Part shown: in pieces, positions 9,521 to 20,614 of the stretch
Layout: every line of letters starts with the position of its first letter
Position numbering within the stretch: the stretch's first letter is position 1
NCBI GenBank assembly: GCA_943788495.1
Contig: CALSQO010000001.1
Span: forward strand, 98,902-162,901
From: an uncultured Flavobacteriales bacterium
GTDB taxonomy: Bacteria > Bacteroidota > Bacteroidia > Flavobacteriales_D > Sanyastnellaceae
Reading direction: 5' to 3'
Length of the DNA: 64,000 bases
The notes under the pieces: model-generated
Seen by the model: the letters and a program-made list of their open reading frames with translations, nothing else
Database searches by the model: none
Told to the model about the DNA's origin: nothing
Program-made: the position numbers and the translations under genes

Positions 9521-10276
9521 TTATCCCCGATCCCGCAGCACGAAATTTTGGCCCAAATAAACCCGGCGGACTTGCTCATCGGAGGCCAATTCTTCTGCTG
9601 TACCGTGTTTCAGAATACGACCTTCGAAAAGGAGGTATGCTCGGTCTGTGATGTGCAGTGTTTCTTGGACATTGTGGTCGGTGATGAGGATGCCGATGTT
9701 CTTGGAACGGAGCTGCTCGACAATGCGCTGGATGTCTTCCACTGCGATGGGATCCACGCCGGCAAATGGTTCGTCGAGCAGGATGAATTGTGGGTCCGTC
9801 GCTAATGCCCGCGCAATTTCCGTTCGCCTGCGTTCTCCGCCACTCAAAACATCGCCCATGGACTTTCGGACTTTTTGGAGGCCGAATTCGTTCAATAAGC
9901 TCTCTAGCTTCTCCTGTTGTGCCGCTTTGTCGAGAGGTTGCAGTTCCAAAATAGCAGCGATGTTGTCTTCAACGGAGAGTTTGCGAAATACCGAAGCTTC
10001 TTGGGGCAAATAGCCCAAACCCATCCTTCCCCGCTGATACATGGGGCGTTGGGTGATTTCGGTATCATCGATAAAGACTTGCCCCTCATCGGCCTGCACA
10101 AGACCGACCACCGCGTAGAAGCTCGTTGTTTTCCCGGCGCCGTTGGGCCCGAGTAATCCCACGACTTCACCCTCTTTGACCTCAAGTGAGACGCCGTCGA
10201 CAACTTTGCGCTGGCCATATCGCTTGACCAGGCCCTTGGCATGCAATCGTTTCGGTGAGGTCTCGGAAGGGTTCAT
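9521..10276 (-). CDS. lptB: LPS export ABC transporter ATP-binding protein
   Basis: Walker [10 protein letters not shown], signature LSGGERRR, Walker [13 protein letters not shown]. Start set at ATG 10276 ([16 protein letters not shown]); the longer track ORF overlaps the upstream gene. Confidence 0.9.
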   Translation of the reverse strand: MNPSETSPKRLHAKGLVKRYGQRKVVDGVSLEVKEGEVVGLLGPNGAGKTTSFYAVVGLVQADEGQVFIDDTEITQRPMYQRGRMGLGYLPQEASVFRKLSVEDNIAAILELQPLDKAAQQEKLESLLNEFGLQKVRKSMGDVLSGGERRRTEIARALATDPQFILLDEPFAGVDPIAVEDIQRIVEQLRSKNIGILITDHNVQETLHITDRAYLLFEGRILKHGTAEELASDEQVRRVYLGQNFVLRDRG

Positions 10277-10301
10277 AGCGTAAAAGTAAGGCGGGCTTGC
10301 A

Positions 10302-12770
10302 TCATATTTCAGCTCCGAAGCCGAAGCGAATGCCCCAACTTTCCAACTGGTCCACAGGCCGATCGGTGCGCCACACCGCATCAACGCGAAAGACCCCCAA
10401 AATGTTTTCCAGCCCAACGGAACACTCGGTGTAGGTGCCATTCAAACCGGTGGTGTTTTCCGGTAATTCCAGTAAAGACTCGTGTTTTTCATCCCATCCC
10501 CCTGCGATGCTCCGGACTCCGATGACTTCGCGCAACTTCAATCGGCGGATCAACGGCACATGATTCAATACCAATCCTTCCGCATGCCATTCAAGCAAGC
10601 CTGTTGCCCAGCGGTCTGTCACTCGCTCGTAAAGATTAATCATGCTAAACGCTTCATCACTGAGGAGGATGGTGCCGCTAGCCGGGACCACTTCCATGAG
10701 CGCAAAGGGCGCACTTCCCTGGTAAAATCCAGCTTGGGCGTACCATTCAAACCGTCCCCACCATCCCAGTCGCATTTCATCTTCTCCTTCAACAGTCCAT
10801 CGTGTGTACTGGTATTGCGATCCCATCACATTCGGCACTCCCAAGGTCATTTTTGCGGTTAAAATTGGCCATTCGGTTCCCAAGCTTACCCGTTCGAATT
10901 CTCCGCCCACGAATCGCTCTTTTTTGGCGAACCGAAGTACAAGACTCGCTTCGGAAGTCACCAACTGATCTACCGGCTCTGCGGTCACAGGTTCTAAGAA
11001 TTCAAAGTCGCCGAGTGCACCGATTTGTCGGTGGCGCCATTCGAAAAAGCCCGTAAAACCCGGGCCAAATTCATGAAGCACCGACACTTCTGCCCGCTGC
11101 ACTTCCGAAAGCGAATTGACCGAATCGGTGCGAAACGCAGAGGTGAAGGCTTGTCCCTGACTGAGGAGGCCGATCATCCCGAGCTGCTCCAGGTCCCGTT
11201 TGATTTCAAATAAAAACTCCGTTCTAGGTGTTTTTCTTTGAATGTACCGGGCGCTGAATCCTGCCTTCCAACGCAAGTCTTCCGTGCCATAAGCAGCGAA
11301 GATTTTAGGCATGAATCGTGTGCTCCAGGCGTTGGATGTTCGGAGGTCCAATCGAAACCGATTGCCTTCCACGGGATTCTGTGTGAATGCTGACCACCAA
11401 GCACCAACTTCCAAGGGTCCTTTGGTCACATAACCCGTGCCAAGGCAATACCCGAGGCCTTTTACAAAGCGCCACTGCGGCATGGACATGATGGAATCGG
11501 TCATGGTGTAGATGTCCGATTCTCGCTTCAACAATGGAATGGGGCGCTGCGCATCCCATTCTTTTGGTGTCAGCGTATCCGGTTGGAATTGCAAGTCTCG
11601 CCTCCCTGTCCAACCCGTCGGCCACTTTTCTTCTTGCCATTCAAGGTTGCTAAATTGCGTGGTGCGCCTGAGGTAGGCGCCAATGGTCCGTTCGGTCAAG
11701 CTGAAATCCATTAAGATTTCCTCTTCCTCCATCATCCAGGCCATTGCGTTTTCCTGGGCTGCATTGCCTTTGACTTGAACATAGGACTGCCTCCAATTCA
11801 TGGTGCGCACAAAATTCACGTTCGAAGCATTGCTGAGGCGGGCTTCAATGGATTGCAAACCAAGCGTCAGTGTGTCGATCCAAAGCTCACCTTCGAACGT
11901 GGACTCACCTTTGCGACGAGGAATGAATGCCAAATGAAAGGTGGCTCGGTTTTGAACCACCAGGGTGTCTAAGATATAAAAGCGATAATGCGCCAGTGCT
12001 CGGTCGTGTAGCGGTGACGTGAATGTCCGATCCAAGAGCAGCATTTGATTTTGGTAGATATCGAGCTTGGGCAAAGCGGCGTCCATTTCAGCGGCGTTTC
12101 GTGAGTTGCTGAACTTGCTGCTCAATTGGCTGGAGATCACATTTTTTTGCTGGCGCTTTGGTGAAGTTTGCCATTGCTCTTCGGCCAGAATTTCGGCCAT
12201 TACAAATGGCAAGGCGACACGAGATTCAGAACTATCTAAGTAATTGAATACCCACTTGAAAGGCCCCCAATACCACCTCGAAGCCTGTTTTTCACTGATG
12301 TCGTTGATGTCCAACTCGAGCTTGGAGTACGCGTTGTGCCTGGCGGCGGCGAGGCCATTGGGGTCGTTGCTTTTCTTAACTTCAATCACGCGCTGCATCA
12401 GCGGTTTGGCGGGGTTTTTCCGCTTGGATTTATCCGGGCGTACTTCTGCTGCGAGCAATTCAATGGACCGAGGCTCCAGGGCGATATCGATGAACTGAGA
12501 AATACCCCGTGTGATTTCTATGTTTTTGGAACCATACCCCAGAAAACTCACTGAAATGCGGCCAGGTCGTTCTTCGGTTTTGAGTTGAAATTCTCCTTTT
12601 TGATTGGTCATCGTCCCCGTTCCTGCCGCTGTAAGAGCGACGTTGACAAAGGGAATTGGAAGCCCTGTTTCTGCATCAAAGACGCGGCCTTGGACAGCAG
12701 TGGATTGGGCACTCAATGCCAGTGACCAAGGGAGCAAAACAACGGCAACAAGAAACTTCAGGGCCTTCAT
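10302..12770 (-). CDS. Carboxypeptidase-regulatory-like domain plus DUF5686-type outer-membrane-associated protein
   Basis: Signal peptide [23 protein letters not shown], then [19 protein letters not shown]...TNQKGEF (CarbopepD_reg-like), then a long beta-rich C-terminal region. Overlaps the tatC stop as ATGA. Confidence 0.65.
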   Translation of the reverse strand: MKALKFLVAVVLLPWSLALSAQSTAVQGRVFDAETGLPIPFVNVALTAAGTGTMTNQKGEFQLKTEERPGRISVSFLGYGSKNIEITRGISQFIDIALEPRSIELLAAEVRPDKSKRKNPAKPLMQRVIEVKKSNDPNGLAAARHNAYSKLELDINDISEKQASRWYWGPFKWVFNYLDSSESRVALPFVMAEILAEEQWQTSPKRQQKNVISSQLSSKFSNSRNAAEMDAALPKLDIYQNQMLLLDRTFTSPLHDRALAHYRFYILDTLVVQNRATFHLAFIPRRKGESTFEGELWIDTLTLGLQSIEARLSNASNVNFVRTMNWRQSYVQVKGNAAQENAMAWMMEEEEILMDFSLTERTIGAYLRRTTQFSNLEWQEEKWPTGWTGRRDLQFQPDTLTPKEWDAQRPIPLLKRESDIYTMTDSIMSMPQWRFVKGLGYCLGTGYVTKGPLEVGAWWSAFTQNPVEGNRFRLDLRTSNAWSTRFMPKIFAAYGTEDLRWKAGFSARYIQRKTPRTEFLFEIKRDLEQLGMIGLLSQGQAFTSAFRTDSVNSLSEVQRAEVSVLHEFGPGFTGFFEWRHRQIGALGDFEFLEPVTAEPVDQLVTSEASLVLRFAKKERFVGGEFERVSLGTEWPILTAKMTLGVPNVMGSQYQYTRWTVEGEDEMRLGWWGRFEWYAQAGFYQGSAPFALMEVVPASGTILLSDEAFSMINLYERVTDRWATGLLEWHAEGLVLNHVPLIRRLKLREVIGVRSIAGGWDEKHESLLELPENTTGLNGTYTECSVGLENILGVFRVDAVWRTDRPVDQLESWGIRFGFGAEI

Positions 12771-13609
12771 TCGTCCGGATTGGATTCCTTCCCTTTTCGC
12801 TTCACAACCCTGCGCGATATTGCAATGCTTATTTCATACAGGATCAACACGGGCATGGCCACCAAGAGCTGACTTGTTACATCCGGAGGCGTAATAACCG
12901 CAGCGATGACCAGTATGCCAACCAATGCATGCTTGCGGTAGGACTTGAGTATTTCTGGAGTGATAAGCCCTGCACGACTCAAGAAATAAACCACGACAGG
13001 AAGTTGGAAGATCAGTCCTGCAGCCATGGTGATGGAAGCAATGGTCTTCATGTAGGACATCACAGAAATCCGTGCTTGCACATCTCCCAATTCGTAATTC
13101 CCGAGAAACTGCAGGGACAATGGCGCAATGATCAAGTAGCCAAAGGCCACTCCCAAGAAAAACAGCAGGGACGAACTGAGGCCAATTCCACGTGCCGCCT
13201 GACGCTCTCGGTCTTTTAATGCAGGACGCAGAAAGAGCCAGCCTTGCCAAAACACCAATGGAAAAGATAAGATGAACCCTCCGATGGCGGACACGAGAAT
13301 GTGCGTGCTAAAATTACCCAGCATCGTGGTGTTGATCAATTCATAGTTGATTTCACGAACGCACAATGCATCGCCGGCACCAATCTGATTTGAGATCCAA
13401 CACCATCCCTTGAAACTAATGAAGTCTGTTCGCCGTGGACCAAAGAGTACGGTTTCAAAAAGCCAGTCTTTGGCAATGAACAAGGCAATGCCTCCCGTTA
13501 AGATGAAAGCGGCAGACCAAAACAATCGTTTTCTAAGTTCCTCGAGGTGGTCCAGGAACCCCATTTCTACATCCTGTAGATTTTCATCTTCCGGTTGATC
13601 CAGAGCCAT
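12767..13609 (-). CDS. tatC: Twin-arginine translocase subunit TatC
   Basis: GFLDHLEELRKRLFWS motif and a six-TM profile; 280 aa. Confidence 0.9.
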   Translation of the reverse strand: MALDQPEDENLQDVEMGFLDHLEELRKRLFWSAAFILTGGIALFIAKDWLFETVLFGPRRTDFISFKGWCWISNQIGAGDALCVREINYELINTTMLGNFSTHILVSAIGGFILSFPLVFWQGWLFLRPALKDRERQAARGIGLSSSLLFFLGVAFGYLIIAPLSLQFLGNYELGDVQARISVMSYMKTIASITMAAGLIFQLPVVVYFLSRAGLITPEILKSYRKHALVGILVIAAVITPPDVTSQLLVAMPVLILYEISIAISRRVVKRKGKESNPDE

Positions 13610-13626
13610 GCTGCAAAATTAGGTCG

Positions 13627-14580
13627 TTAGAAGATGCCTTCTCGAAGGATGTCATGCAAATGCACGATTCCGACATAACGCTCTCCATCCATGACGATGA
13701 TTTGCGAGATGGAGTGCTTTTCCATCAGTTGAAAGGCCCCGACGGCCAAGGCGTCTTCTTGTAAGGTCTTGGGCGTCGGATTCATCAATTGGTCGGCTTG
13801 TGCATCGGAGCCCAAGCCACTTTCCATCGCCCGCCTCACATCTCCGTCTGTGATGATGCCAATGATCGCATTGTCGCGTTGAACGGCTGTGGCACCGCAT
13901 CGGCCAGCGCTCATTTCCAAGGCGACTTGCTGAAGGCTCGCATCGCAAGCAACGGTGGGGTTTTGATCGGAACGCATGACGTCTTGCAGTCGGGTGTAAA
14001 GTCGCTTTCCGAGGGCACCACCCGGGTGCATTTGGGCAAAATCGGATGCTTTGAACCCCCGTGCCTCCATGAGGCAGGTGGCCAGTGCATCTCCCATTGC
14101 CATTTGCGCCGCAGTGCTCGATGTAGGGGCAAGATCGAGGGGGCAAGCTTCTTTTGAAACGGTGGTGTTGAGGACGACGTCACTCTGAAGAGCCAAATGG
14201 GATTCGATGTTTCCCACCATGCCAATCAATGGAATGTTGCGGCTTTTGAGCAACGGAACCAACGCTTTGATTTCAGGGGAGTTGCCACTCTTCGAGATGC
14301 AAAGCACGAGGTCATCCCTTTGGACAAGGCCAAGGTCGCCGTGGATGGCATCAGCCGCGTGCATGAAAATCGCCGGAGTGCCCGTGGAGTTGAAAGTTGC
14401 CACAAGTTTTTGGGCGATGATGGCACTTTTCCCAATGCCTGTCATGACCACGCGTCCCTTCATCTGAAAGAGAAGCTTTCCAACAGCGATGAAATCGTCG
14501 CCGATGTGCGGGATCAAATCCCGTATGGCGTTGCTTTCCAGTGTCAGGGTTTCTGTTGCGCGTCGAATCCAATCCATCAT
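13627..14580 (-). CDS. kpsF: KpsF/GutQ-family arabinose-5-phosphate isomerase (SIS + tandem CBS)
   Basis: SIS motif GIGKSAIIAQKLVATFNSTGTPA, followed by a C-terminal CBS pair; 317 aa. Confidence 0.85.
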   Translation of the reverse strand: MMDWIRRATETLTLESNAIRDLIPHIGDDFIAVGKLLFQMKGRVVMTGIGKSAIIAQKLVATFNSTGTPAIFMHAADAIHGDLGLVQRDDLVLCISKSGNSPEIKALVPLLKSRNIPLIGMVGNIESHLALQSDVVLNTTVSKEACPLDLAPTSSTAAQMAMGDALATCLMEARGFKASDFAQMHPGGALGKRLYTRLQDVMRSDQNPTVACDASLQQVALEMSAGRCGATAVQRDNAIIGIITDGDVRRAMESGLGSDAQADQLMNPTPKTLQEDALAVGAFQLMEKHSISQIIVMDGERYVGIVHLHDILREGIF

Positions 14581-14710
14581 TGAAAATTAAAAAGGGCAAA
14601 TTCAAAGAGGCTTCTAGCCAAGACGTCGATGTTCTAAGAAAATTACCTATCTTTAGTAGAGCAAAGTTAACGCTTTCGTTCGGCGCAAGCCGGCACCAAA
14701 TGTCTGATTG

Positions 14711-16909
14711 ATGAGTATAACGGAAATGTCGACCCAAGGGGCGCTTAAGCATTTCTTTGGATTCGATGAATTCAAGGGGGAGCAAGAGCAGGTTGTTGAC
14801 TGCGTGTTGCGCGGCCAAGACTCTTTTGTCATCATGCCAACAGGCGGAGGCAAGTCCATGTGTTACCAATTGCCCGCATTGATGATGGAAGGGACTGCGA
14901 TTGTGGTTTCACCCTTAATCGCATTGATGAAGAATCAAGTGGATGCCATTCGAGGACACCATGAAACCGATTCCATCGCCCATTATTTAAATTCAAGCCT
15001 CTCAAAATCGGATGCATTGCGCGTCCGTGAAGATGTGGCTACGGGCCTTACAAAATTGCTCTATGTTGCCCCGGAGAGTTTGACCAAGGAGGACAACATC
15101 AATTTCCTGAGAAGCATTCGAATCAGTTTCGTAGCGGTGGATGAAGCCCACTGCATTTCAGAATGGGGGCATGATTTCCGTCCTGAATACCGGCGGATTC
15201 GCTCCATTGTGAATCAGATTGCGGATGTTCCGATCATTGCATTGACAGCAACGGCAACGCCTAAGGTTCAAGCGGACATCCAGAAAAATCTGGAGATGAA
15301 GAATGCTCAGCTTTTCAAAGCGTCGTTCAATCGAGACAACCTGTTTTATGAAATTCGGGCGAAGAAGGACGCATTGAAGCAAATAGTGCGGCACGCGAAG
15401 CGAAACGTTGGTAAGAGTGGCATTATATACTGCTTGAGCCGAAAGAAGGTCGAAGAAATTTCAGAAGTGCTTCGCGTCAATGGGATCAAAGCGTTGGGCT
15501 ACCATGCGGGAATGGATGCGAACACACGCAGTCGGATGCAGGACCAGTTCCTCATGCAAGATGTGGATGTAATCGTTGCAACGATAGCATTCGGGATGGG
15601 CATTGACAAGCCAGACGTCCGATTTGTCATACACTATGATATCCCGAAGTCGCTGGAGAGCTACTACCAAGAGACGGGTCGCGCTGGACGTGATGGAGGC
15701 GAAGGGCATTGCATCGCCTTTTACAGCCACCGGGACATCGAAAAGTTGGAGAAATTCTTGCAAGGGAAGCCGCTGGCAGAGCAGGAAATTGGTCAGCAGT
15801 TGCTTCAAGAGGTAATGGCTTATGCGGAGACTTCGATGAGCCGTCGAAAATTCTTGCTCCATTATTTTGGCGAGGAATTTGACGAGCACAATGGCCCGGG
15901 GGCGATGAACTGTGATAACATGGCCAATCCACCTGTCTTGCGCGATGGACAAGAAGAGGTGCACTTAATTTTAAGTGCCATTCTGGAGCATGGGCAGCAA
16001 TTCAGGTCTCCTTTCATTACAGGCGTTTTGTGCGGCGAGGAGAACCGAGAGATCCAAGATTACAAGGGCGTTTCAAGCCCGTTTTGGTGCCGAGGCAAGG
16101 ACCACGATGTCCGCCATTGGAATGGAATCATCCGCCAGATGTTGGTGCTGGGTTTGATCCGAAAGGAAATTGAGACGTACGGCGTTTTGAAGATCAAAGA
16201 CGCTGGAATGGCTTTCTTGACGAATCCAACGCCAGTGATGGTTGCGAAAGAACGCGACTATTCCGATGTGGATGCGATTGACTCCATGAGTCAGACGCGC
16301 TCGAGCCAGGGTGGCGCGATGGATGAGAAGTTGCGCGACATGTTGAAGTCGCTTCGCAAAGATGTAGCCGATGAGCAGTCGCTTCCTCCGTATGTCATTT
16401 TTCAAGATGTCAGTCTCGACGAAATGGCCATTCACTACCCCCTTACGGAGGACGAATTGTTGCGAATATCCGGAGTAGGTTCCGGCAAGGCACGCAAATT
16501 CGGAAAGCCTTTCTTGAAGCTCATTGATGAATACGTCGAACAGGAGGGAATCGAGCGTGCAGAAGATTTATTGGTGCGCACGACGAATAATAAATCTTCG
16601 TCCAAGGTGCATATCATTCAACGCATCGACCGCCAAATCGATCTTCCAGATATCGCAAAGGACTTGAACATATCACGCGAGGAAGTGATGTCCGAAATTG
16701 AAAACATCGTCTCCGCAGGAACCAAAGTGAATTTGGACTACATCATCGACAAGGCCTTGGATGAGGATAGTCTGGAGGAGTTGTTCGAATTCCTGAAGGA
16801 ATCCGAAGACGCGAGTGTCACGGCATTGATCGAAGAATGGAACGACGTTTACAGCGAGGAAGAATTAATGCTTGCCCGCATCAAGTTTTTAAGCGAATAC
16901 GCCAACTAA
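14711..16909 (+). CDS. recQ: ATP-dependent DNA helicase RecQ
   Basis: FGFDEFKGEQ, PTGGGKS, DEAHCISEWGHDFRPEY, and C-terminal RQC/HRDC-like regions. ATG at 14711; the track start at 14708 is a TTG. Confidence 0.95.
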   Translation: MSITEMSTQGALKHFFGFDEFKGEQEQVVDCVLRGQDSFVIMPTGGGKSMCYQLPALMMEGTAIVVSPLIALMKNQVDAIRGHHETDSIAHYLNSSLSKSDALRVREDVATGLTKLLYVAPESLTKEDNINFLRSIRISFVAVDEAHCISEWGHDFRPEYRRIRSIVNQIADVPIIALTATATPKVQADIQKNLEMKNAQLFKASFNRDNLFYEIRAKKDALKQIVRHAKRNVGKSGIIYCLSRKKVEEISEVLRVNGIKALGYHAGMDANTRSRMQDQFLMQDVDVIVATIAFGMGIDKPDVRFVIHYDIPKSLESYYQETGRAGRDGGEGHCIAFYSHRDIEKLEKFLQGKPLAEQEIGQQLLQEVMAYAETSMSRRKFLLHYFGEEFDEHNGPGAMNCDNMANPPVLRDGQEEVHLILSAILEHGQQFRSPFITGVLCGEENREIQDYKGVSSPFWCRGKDHDVRHWNGIIRQMLVLGLIRKEIETYGVLKIKDAGMAFLTNPTPVMVAKERDYSDVDAIDSMSQTRSSQGGAMDEKLRDMLKSLRKDVADEQSLPPYVIFQDVSLDEMAIHYPLTEDELLRISGVGSGKARKFGKPFLKLIDEYVEQEGIERAEDLLVRTTNNKSSSKVHIIQRIDRQIDLPDIAKDLNISREEVMSEIENIVSAGTKVNLDYIIDKALDEDSLEELFEFLKESEDASVTALIEEWNDVYSEEELMLARIKFLSEYAN

Positions 16910-16937
16910 TCGTTTCCGTGAGCCACACATGGCTTGC

Positions 16938-17324
16938 TCATCCCCGCAATTCCAGCCAGGATTTCCACCCCAATCGGATCGCAGCGTACATCATGAAGAG
17001 TGCGAAGATTGCACGAACTGCAGCCGGATTCATTTTCAACGACCATTTGCTCCCGATCCAGGCCCCGAATACAAACGTGACGGCCAGTGCCGCTGCGAAA
17101 TAAAGGTTCACAGCTCCCGCCTTGTAATAGCTGATAACAGCCAAAATGCCAATGGGCGGAATCATCATGGCAAGGCTGGTGCCTTGTGCCATGTGCTGGG
17201 ACATCCCCAGCCCGAAGACGAGGGCCGGAACAATGATCATGCCCCCACCAATCCCCACAAATCCACTTGCAATTCCGGCTATGAGGCCAATTGCCATCAA
17301 AATTAATAAGGTGTTCACATCCAT
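16938..17324 (-). CDS. Half-size TauE/SafE (TSUP, DUF81) family membrane protein
   Basis: MDVNTLLILMAIGLIAGIASGFVGIGGGMIIVPAL... is the typical TSUP GxGGG motif. About 4 TM in 128 aa. The ATG at 17324 lies 3 nt after the stop of the upstream gene. Confidence 0.65.
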   Translation of the reverse strand: MDVNTLLILMAIGLIAGIASGFVGIGGGMIIVPALVFGLGMSQHMAQGTSLAMMIPPIGILAVISYYKAGAVNLYFAAALAVTFVFGAWIGSKWSLKMNPAAVRAIFALFMMYAAIRLGWKSWLELRG

Positions 17325-17326
17325 GG

Positions 17327-20300
17327 TTAGAAGTCCAGTTGAAGGGATAAATTGAAAACGCGGTCTTGCCATCGTCCATCGTCTACGCCCCAGCACCAAT
17401 CGGCACGCACCCAATAGCCGAGGAGCTTGGAACGCAAGCCAAATCCAGTGCCCCAGATGATGGGTTCGCGGTTGTTGTCAACGGTGACCGTGATTGGATT
17501 TTGAACGACTACCACTTGATTGAAAGAATTCGATTCGTCGTAGGGGTGTGCGCCATTCCAAGCGGATCCGACATCGGCAAACCCTACGCACTGCAAATCC
17601 CGTAAGAATTCAGATTCGACGGATCGCTTGCTCAACGAGCTCCAGACAGGGACGCGCAATTCCGTATTGAACAAGGCCATGTGTGCCCCATTTCGGGCAT
17701 TGTTCTTGAAGCCCCGAATCGGGGTTACACGTGCTTGGTAGCTGTAGGCAATATCCGGGTCAATGGGTGTGTTGGAGTTGCCCGCGAGTGAGATGGCATT
17801 GTCCACTCCTCCAACCATGGTGAGCAGCTTTTGCGAACCAATGGACCAGTTGGCAGCACTGCGGAAGGCAAAAGTGACATGGCGCCAAAGGGGCTTGTAC
17901 CAGCGGAAATCCCAACCGACCGTTCCAAAGGTGGATTCGGTTTGCTCAGGGTTGATGAGGTATTCTCCCCAAATTCGGCATCGCAGACCCTCGCGGATGT
18001 TGATCATTCGCTGGCGCGTATTGTCGAAGACGTAGGCCAGCTGGAGGCCGGTTTGGTGCGTAAATGTCGTTGGCAATCGAAGGTTGAAGGCGTCCGTGGA
18101 AAGCGGCGTGTTGCGGTCCATTCGAATCATCGCTTGCATGCGGATGCTGCGCACTTCATCCAAAGGATAGCTCAATTGATGGCGCAACAAGTGAATGTGC
18201 GTGTTGACCGGGGATTGCGAATTGTTTGCATTTTGCGTCACTCCTTGGCGCTCGAGGATCCAAGTCCGGTCCAAGCGTTTGCTCAAATCGGAATAGGCCA
18301 GCATGTAACGGCTATTGCTCAGCGATCCAGAAAGGCGAAAGCCTGCTGTGAACCTTCTGTCTTCGAACAAATCGCTCATGGATATTCTGGAAAGCCCGCC
18401 CAAACCAGGTTGCACAGCGATTTCACCGCTATACGCTTGGTAGAAATTGGTGCCAAAGGAATTGTCCAATTGGCCCGTGACGGATTCAATGGCATAGTTG
18501 CGTCGGTAGTTGACCGGTTTTGGCAATTCGAACGGCTTCCATTCTGTTTGCCTTACTAAGGGGTCATTTGGCTCAGAATCGGCGTTTATTTCTTCGGCCT
18601 GTCCTGTCGTGTTCTCTTGGTTTGAGGATGGTTTGTCCGGATCTGTCCAAGGGCCGAATTGGTAATTCCGGATGTCGGCTTCTCCACTTTTGGGTTTCCA
18701 TTCCCAATCGAGGTCCAGTGAACTCTCGGCCTCGGATGATTCCGGCTGATCGGTCGTTGACTTCCAGGTGCTTTTGTCAACGGGAATTTCATTCCAATAC
18801 ACGTGCTCGCAAAGCTGATGTTCGAATCCGATGACTCCTCGCTCGGCAATGAATTGGAACGAATGAGCCGGAGCTGCTAGGGTCTGGGCCAAGCGCGTCT
18901 GCGTGAACCAACGGTAATGAATCGTAGTATCAATGAAGGCCACCGCACTGTCCCGCCAAGAGACCCAGCGTTCTTGGCTGCCGTCAGTGTTTTCAGCGAG
19001 GTAGGTAACCTCCTCGGGCCCTTGCAGTTGTGGCAGTCGTTCATCGGTATTTGGGGTCTGTGTCCACGGCTCAATCCGGGGAATTTTCTCTTGCCAATTC
19101 AATCGAAAGAGATCGTGCTGCTCAGGCAAGGGTTCACCAAGGATGAATGTTGCAGGAAGATTCGTTGTCGGTCGGTTGGAAGCAAACCAAATGAACTTTC
19201 CATCGCGCGAAAAGATCGGATCGAGGTCGTTATAAGGGTCGTTCCAGAGTGCGGTTTGGTTGTTGCCGAGCACTTGGTACAGGTACAGGTCGGATTGTCC
19301 GTTTCGGAGACCACTCCAAATCATGGTGCTTCCATCAGGAGCATAGGCCATGCTGAGGATTTTGTCGATTTGAAAAATGTCCTTGGAGTTGGATTCTAAG
19401 GTTTCAATATTGACTGTGATCAGTTGGTTTTGCGGACCATCTTCAATGGTGTAGGATAGCAATTGTCCATTGGGATGCCAAGCAAAAGCGGGAGAGGCAT
19501 GGATTTGAACGCGGTCAATTTTGTGGCCATGCTTGCCCAATTTAATGGCCTTATTCCCGGTCAAATCGCCAAGCCAAATCGTGGTTTGGCCGCGTTCCGC
19601 TGTGGACCAAACGAATCGGTCACCATCCGGATGGAACCAAACAGAGCTGGCGACGGCCTCTCCCTTGAGCGAGATGGGAAGGTCACCGGTGTTTTTTCGG
19701 GCACGCCTGCGATCGCGTGGCTTTTTCACATTCGGAAAAAGTGCTTCTGAATCGTCCCACTCGAGGTGGTAACGGTTGGCTTCTTCCAGCACCATTGCCA
19801 AATCCATTCCAGTGGCGTATTGAAACCCCTTCTCCAAACTGCGCGAAACACGCGTCATGTACAAGGTATTTGAAACGACCATGGGACCGAAGATGTCTGC
19901 GATGTATTTCCAGACGGCATGGCCAACCCAAGGAGCTCGATTGGCACTTGCTTGATGTGCTTTAGTGATGGCCTGACTGCGCGCAGCATCGCCAATGTGA
20001 ATGGCGACATCGGCATTCCAGGGCTTGGAAACATAAGAGGCGAGGCCTTCTGAAAACCAAACGGGAAATGAAGTGGCCGTGGTATTTCGAAGGGCCTCCT
20101 GCCAATTCCCTCCGTACATGATTTGATTGAACAGCAGTTGCGCCAATCCGGACTTGATTTGTTGCTCAACATCCGACCATTCCTCCTGGCCAAATGCAAA
20201 GACCTTGCTGCCTACCAGCATGGCGGTGCCTCCGATGTTGTTCTCTTCATCCGATGCGACTCCGATGTTCGATTGCCGGAATTCCGATTGCTTGTTGAAT

Positions 20301-20593
20301 ACTAGAAGTTGCACCCCACCGTCAATGCGACGATCGAATATTTCTTCAACTTCTTCCATCCATTCGGGCAATGCCGCTGTAATTCTTGAGGCGAGCGGTT
20401 TTCCGCCCTGGTAATAATAAACCTCGGCACGCGTGGATGGAAAATATTGCCAGTTGAATGAGCGGTACTGAACCCGATTTTTCCCGAACGTCACATTCGA
20501 ACCATCGTAGAACTGTGCCTGTCCGTATGAAACGAACAGCGCGAGTACAAATCCAATGATTGTGAATCGTTTGAGATAGCTTTGCAACGGCAT
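17327..20593 (-). CDS. Large outer-membrane protein: N-terminal domain + PD40/TolB-like beta-propeller repeats + C-terminal Omp85 (bacterial surface antigen)-like beta-barrel
   Basis: Signal peptide MPLQSYLKRFTIIGFVLALFVSYGQAQ (ATG 20593). PD40-like repeats: FHPDGDRFVWS, WHPNGQLLSYT, YAPDGSTMIWSG, FSRDGKFIWFASNR. The C-terminus has FADVGSAW...GFGLRSKLLGYWVRADW...FNLSLQLDF with a terminal aromatic residue. Confidence 0.6.
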   Translation of the reverse strand: MPLQSYLKRFTIIGFVLALFVSYGQAQFYDGSNVTFGKNRVQYRSFNWQYFPSTRAEVYYYQGGKPLASRITAALPEWMEEVEEIFDRRIDGGVQLLVFNKQSEFRQSNIGVASDEENNIGGTAMLVGSKVFAFGQEEWSDVEQQIKSGLAQLLFNQIMYGGNWQEALRNTTATSFPVWFSEGLASYVSKPWNADVAIHIGDAARSQAITKAHQASANRAPWVGHAVWKYIADIFGPMVVSNTLYMTRVSRSLEKGFQYATGMDLAMVLEEANRYHLEWDDSEALFPNVKKPRDRRRARKNTGDLPISLKGEAVASSVWFHPDGDRFVWSTAERGQTTIWLGDLTGNKAIKLGKHGHKIDRVQIHASPAFAWHPNGQLLSYTIEDGPQNQLITVNIETLESNSKDIFQIDKILSMAYAPDGSTMIWSGLRNGQSDLYLYQVLGNNQTALWNDPYNDLDPIFSRDGKFIWFASNRPTTNLPATFILGEPLPEQHDLFRLNWQEKIPRIEPWTQTPNTDERLPQLQGPEEVTYLAENTDGSQERWVSWRDSAVAFIDTTIHYRWFTQTRLAQTLAAPAHSFQFIAERGVIGFEHQLCEHVYWNEIPVDKSTWKSTTDQPESSEAESSLDLDWEWKPKSGEADIRNYQFGPWTDPDKPSSNQENTTGQAEEINADSEPNDPLVRQTEWKPFELPKPVNYRRNYAIESVTGQLDNSFGTNFYQAYSGEIAVQPGLGGLSRISMSDLFEDRRFTAGFRLSGSLSNSRYMLAYSDLSKRLDRTWILERQGVTQNANNSQSPVNTHIHLLRHQLSYPLDEVRSIRMQAMIRMDRNTPLSTDAFNLRLPTTFTHQTGLQLAYVFDNTRQRMINIREGLRCRIWGEYLINPEQTESTFGTVGWDFRWYKPLWRHVTFAFRSAANWSIGSQKLLTMVGGVDNAISLAGNSNTPIDPDIAYSYQARVTPIRGFKNNARNGAHMALFNTELRVPVWSSLSKRSVESEFLRDLQCVGFADVGSAWNGAHPYDESNSFNQVVVVQNPITVTVDNNREPIIWGTGFGLRSKLLGYWVRADWCWGVDDGRWQDRVFNLSLQLDF

Positions 20594-20614
20594 ACCTTTC
20601 GAAGTTACAGCCAG

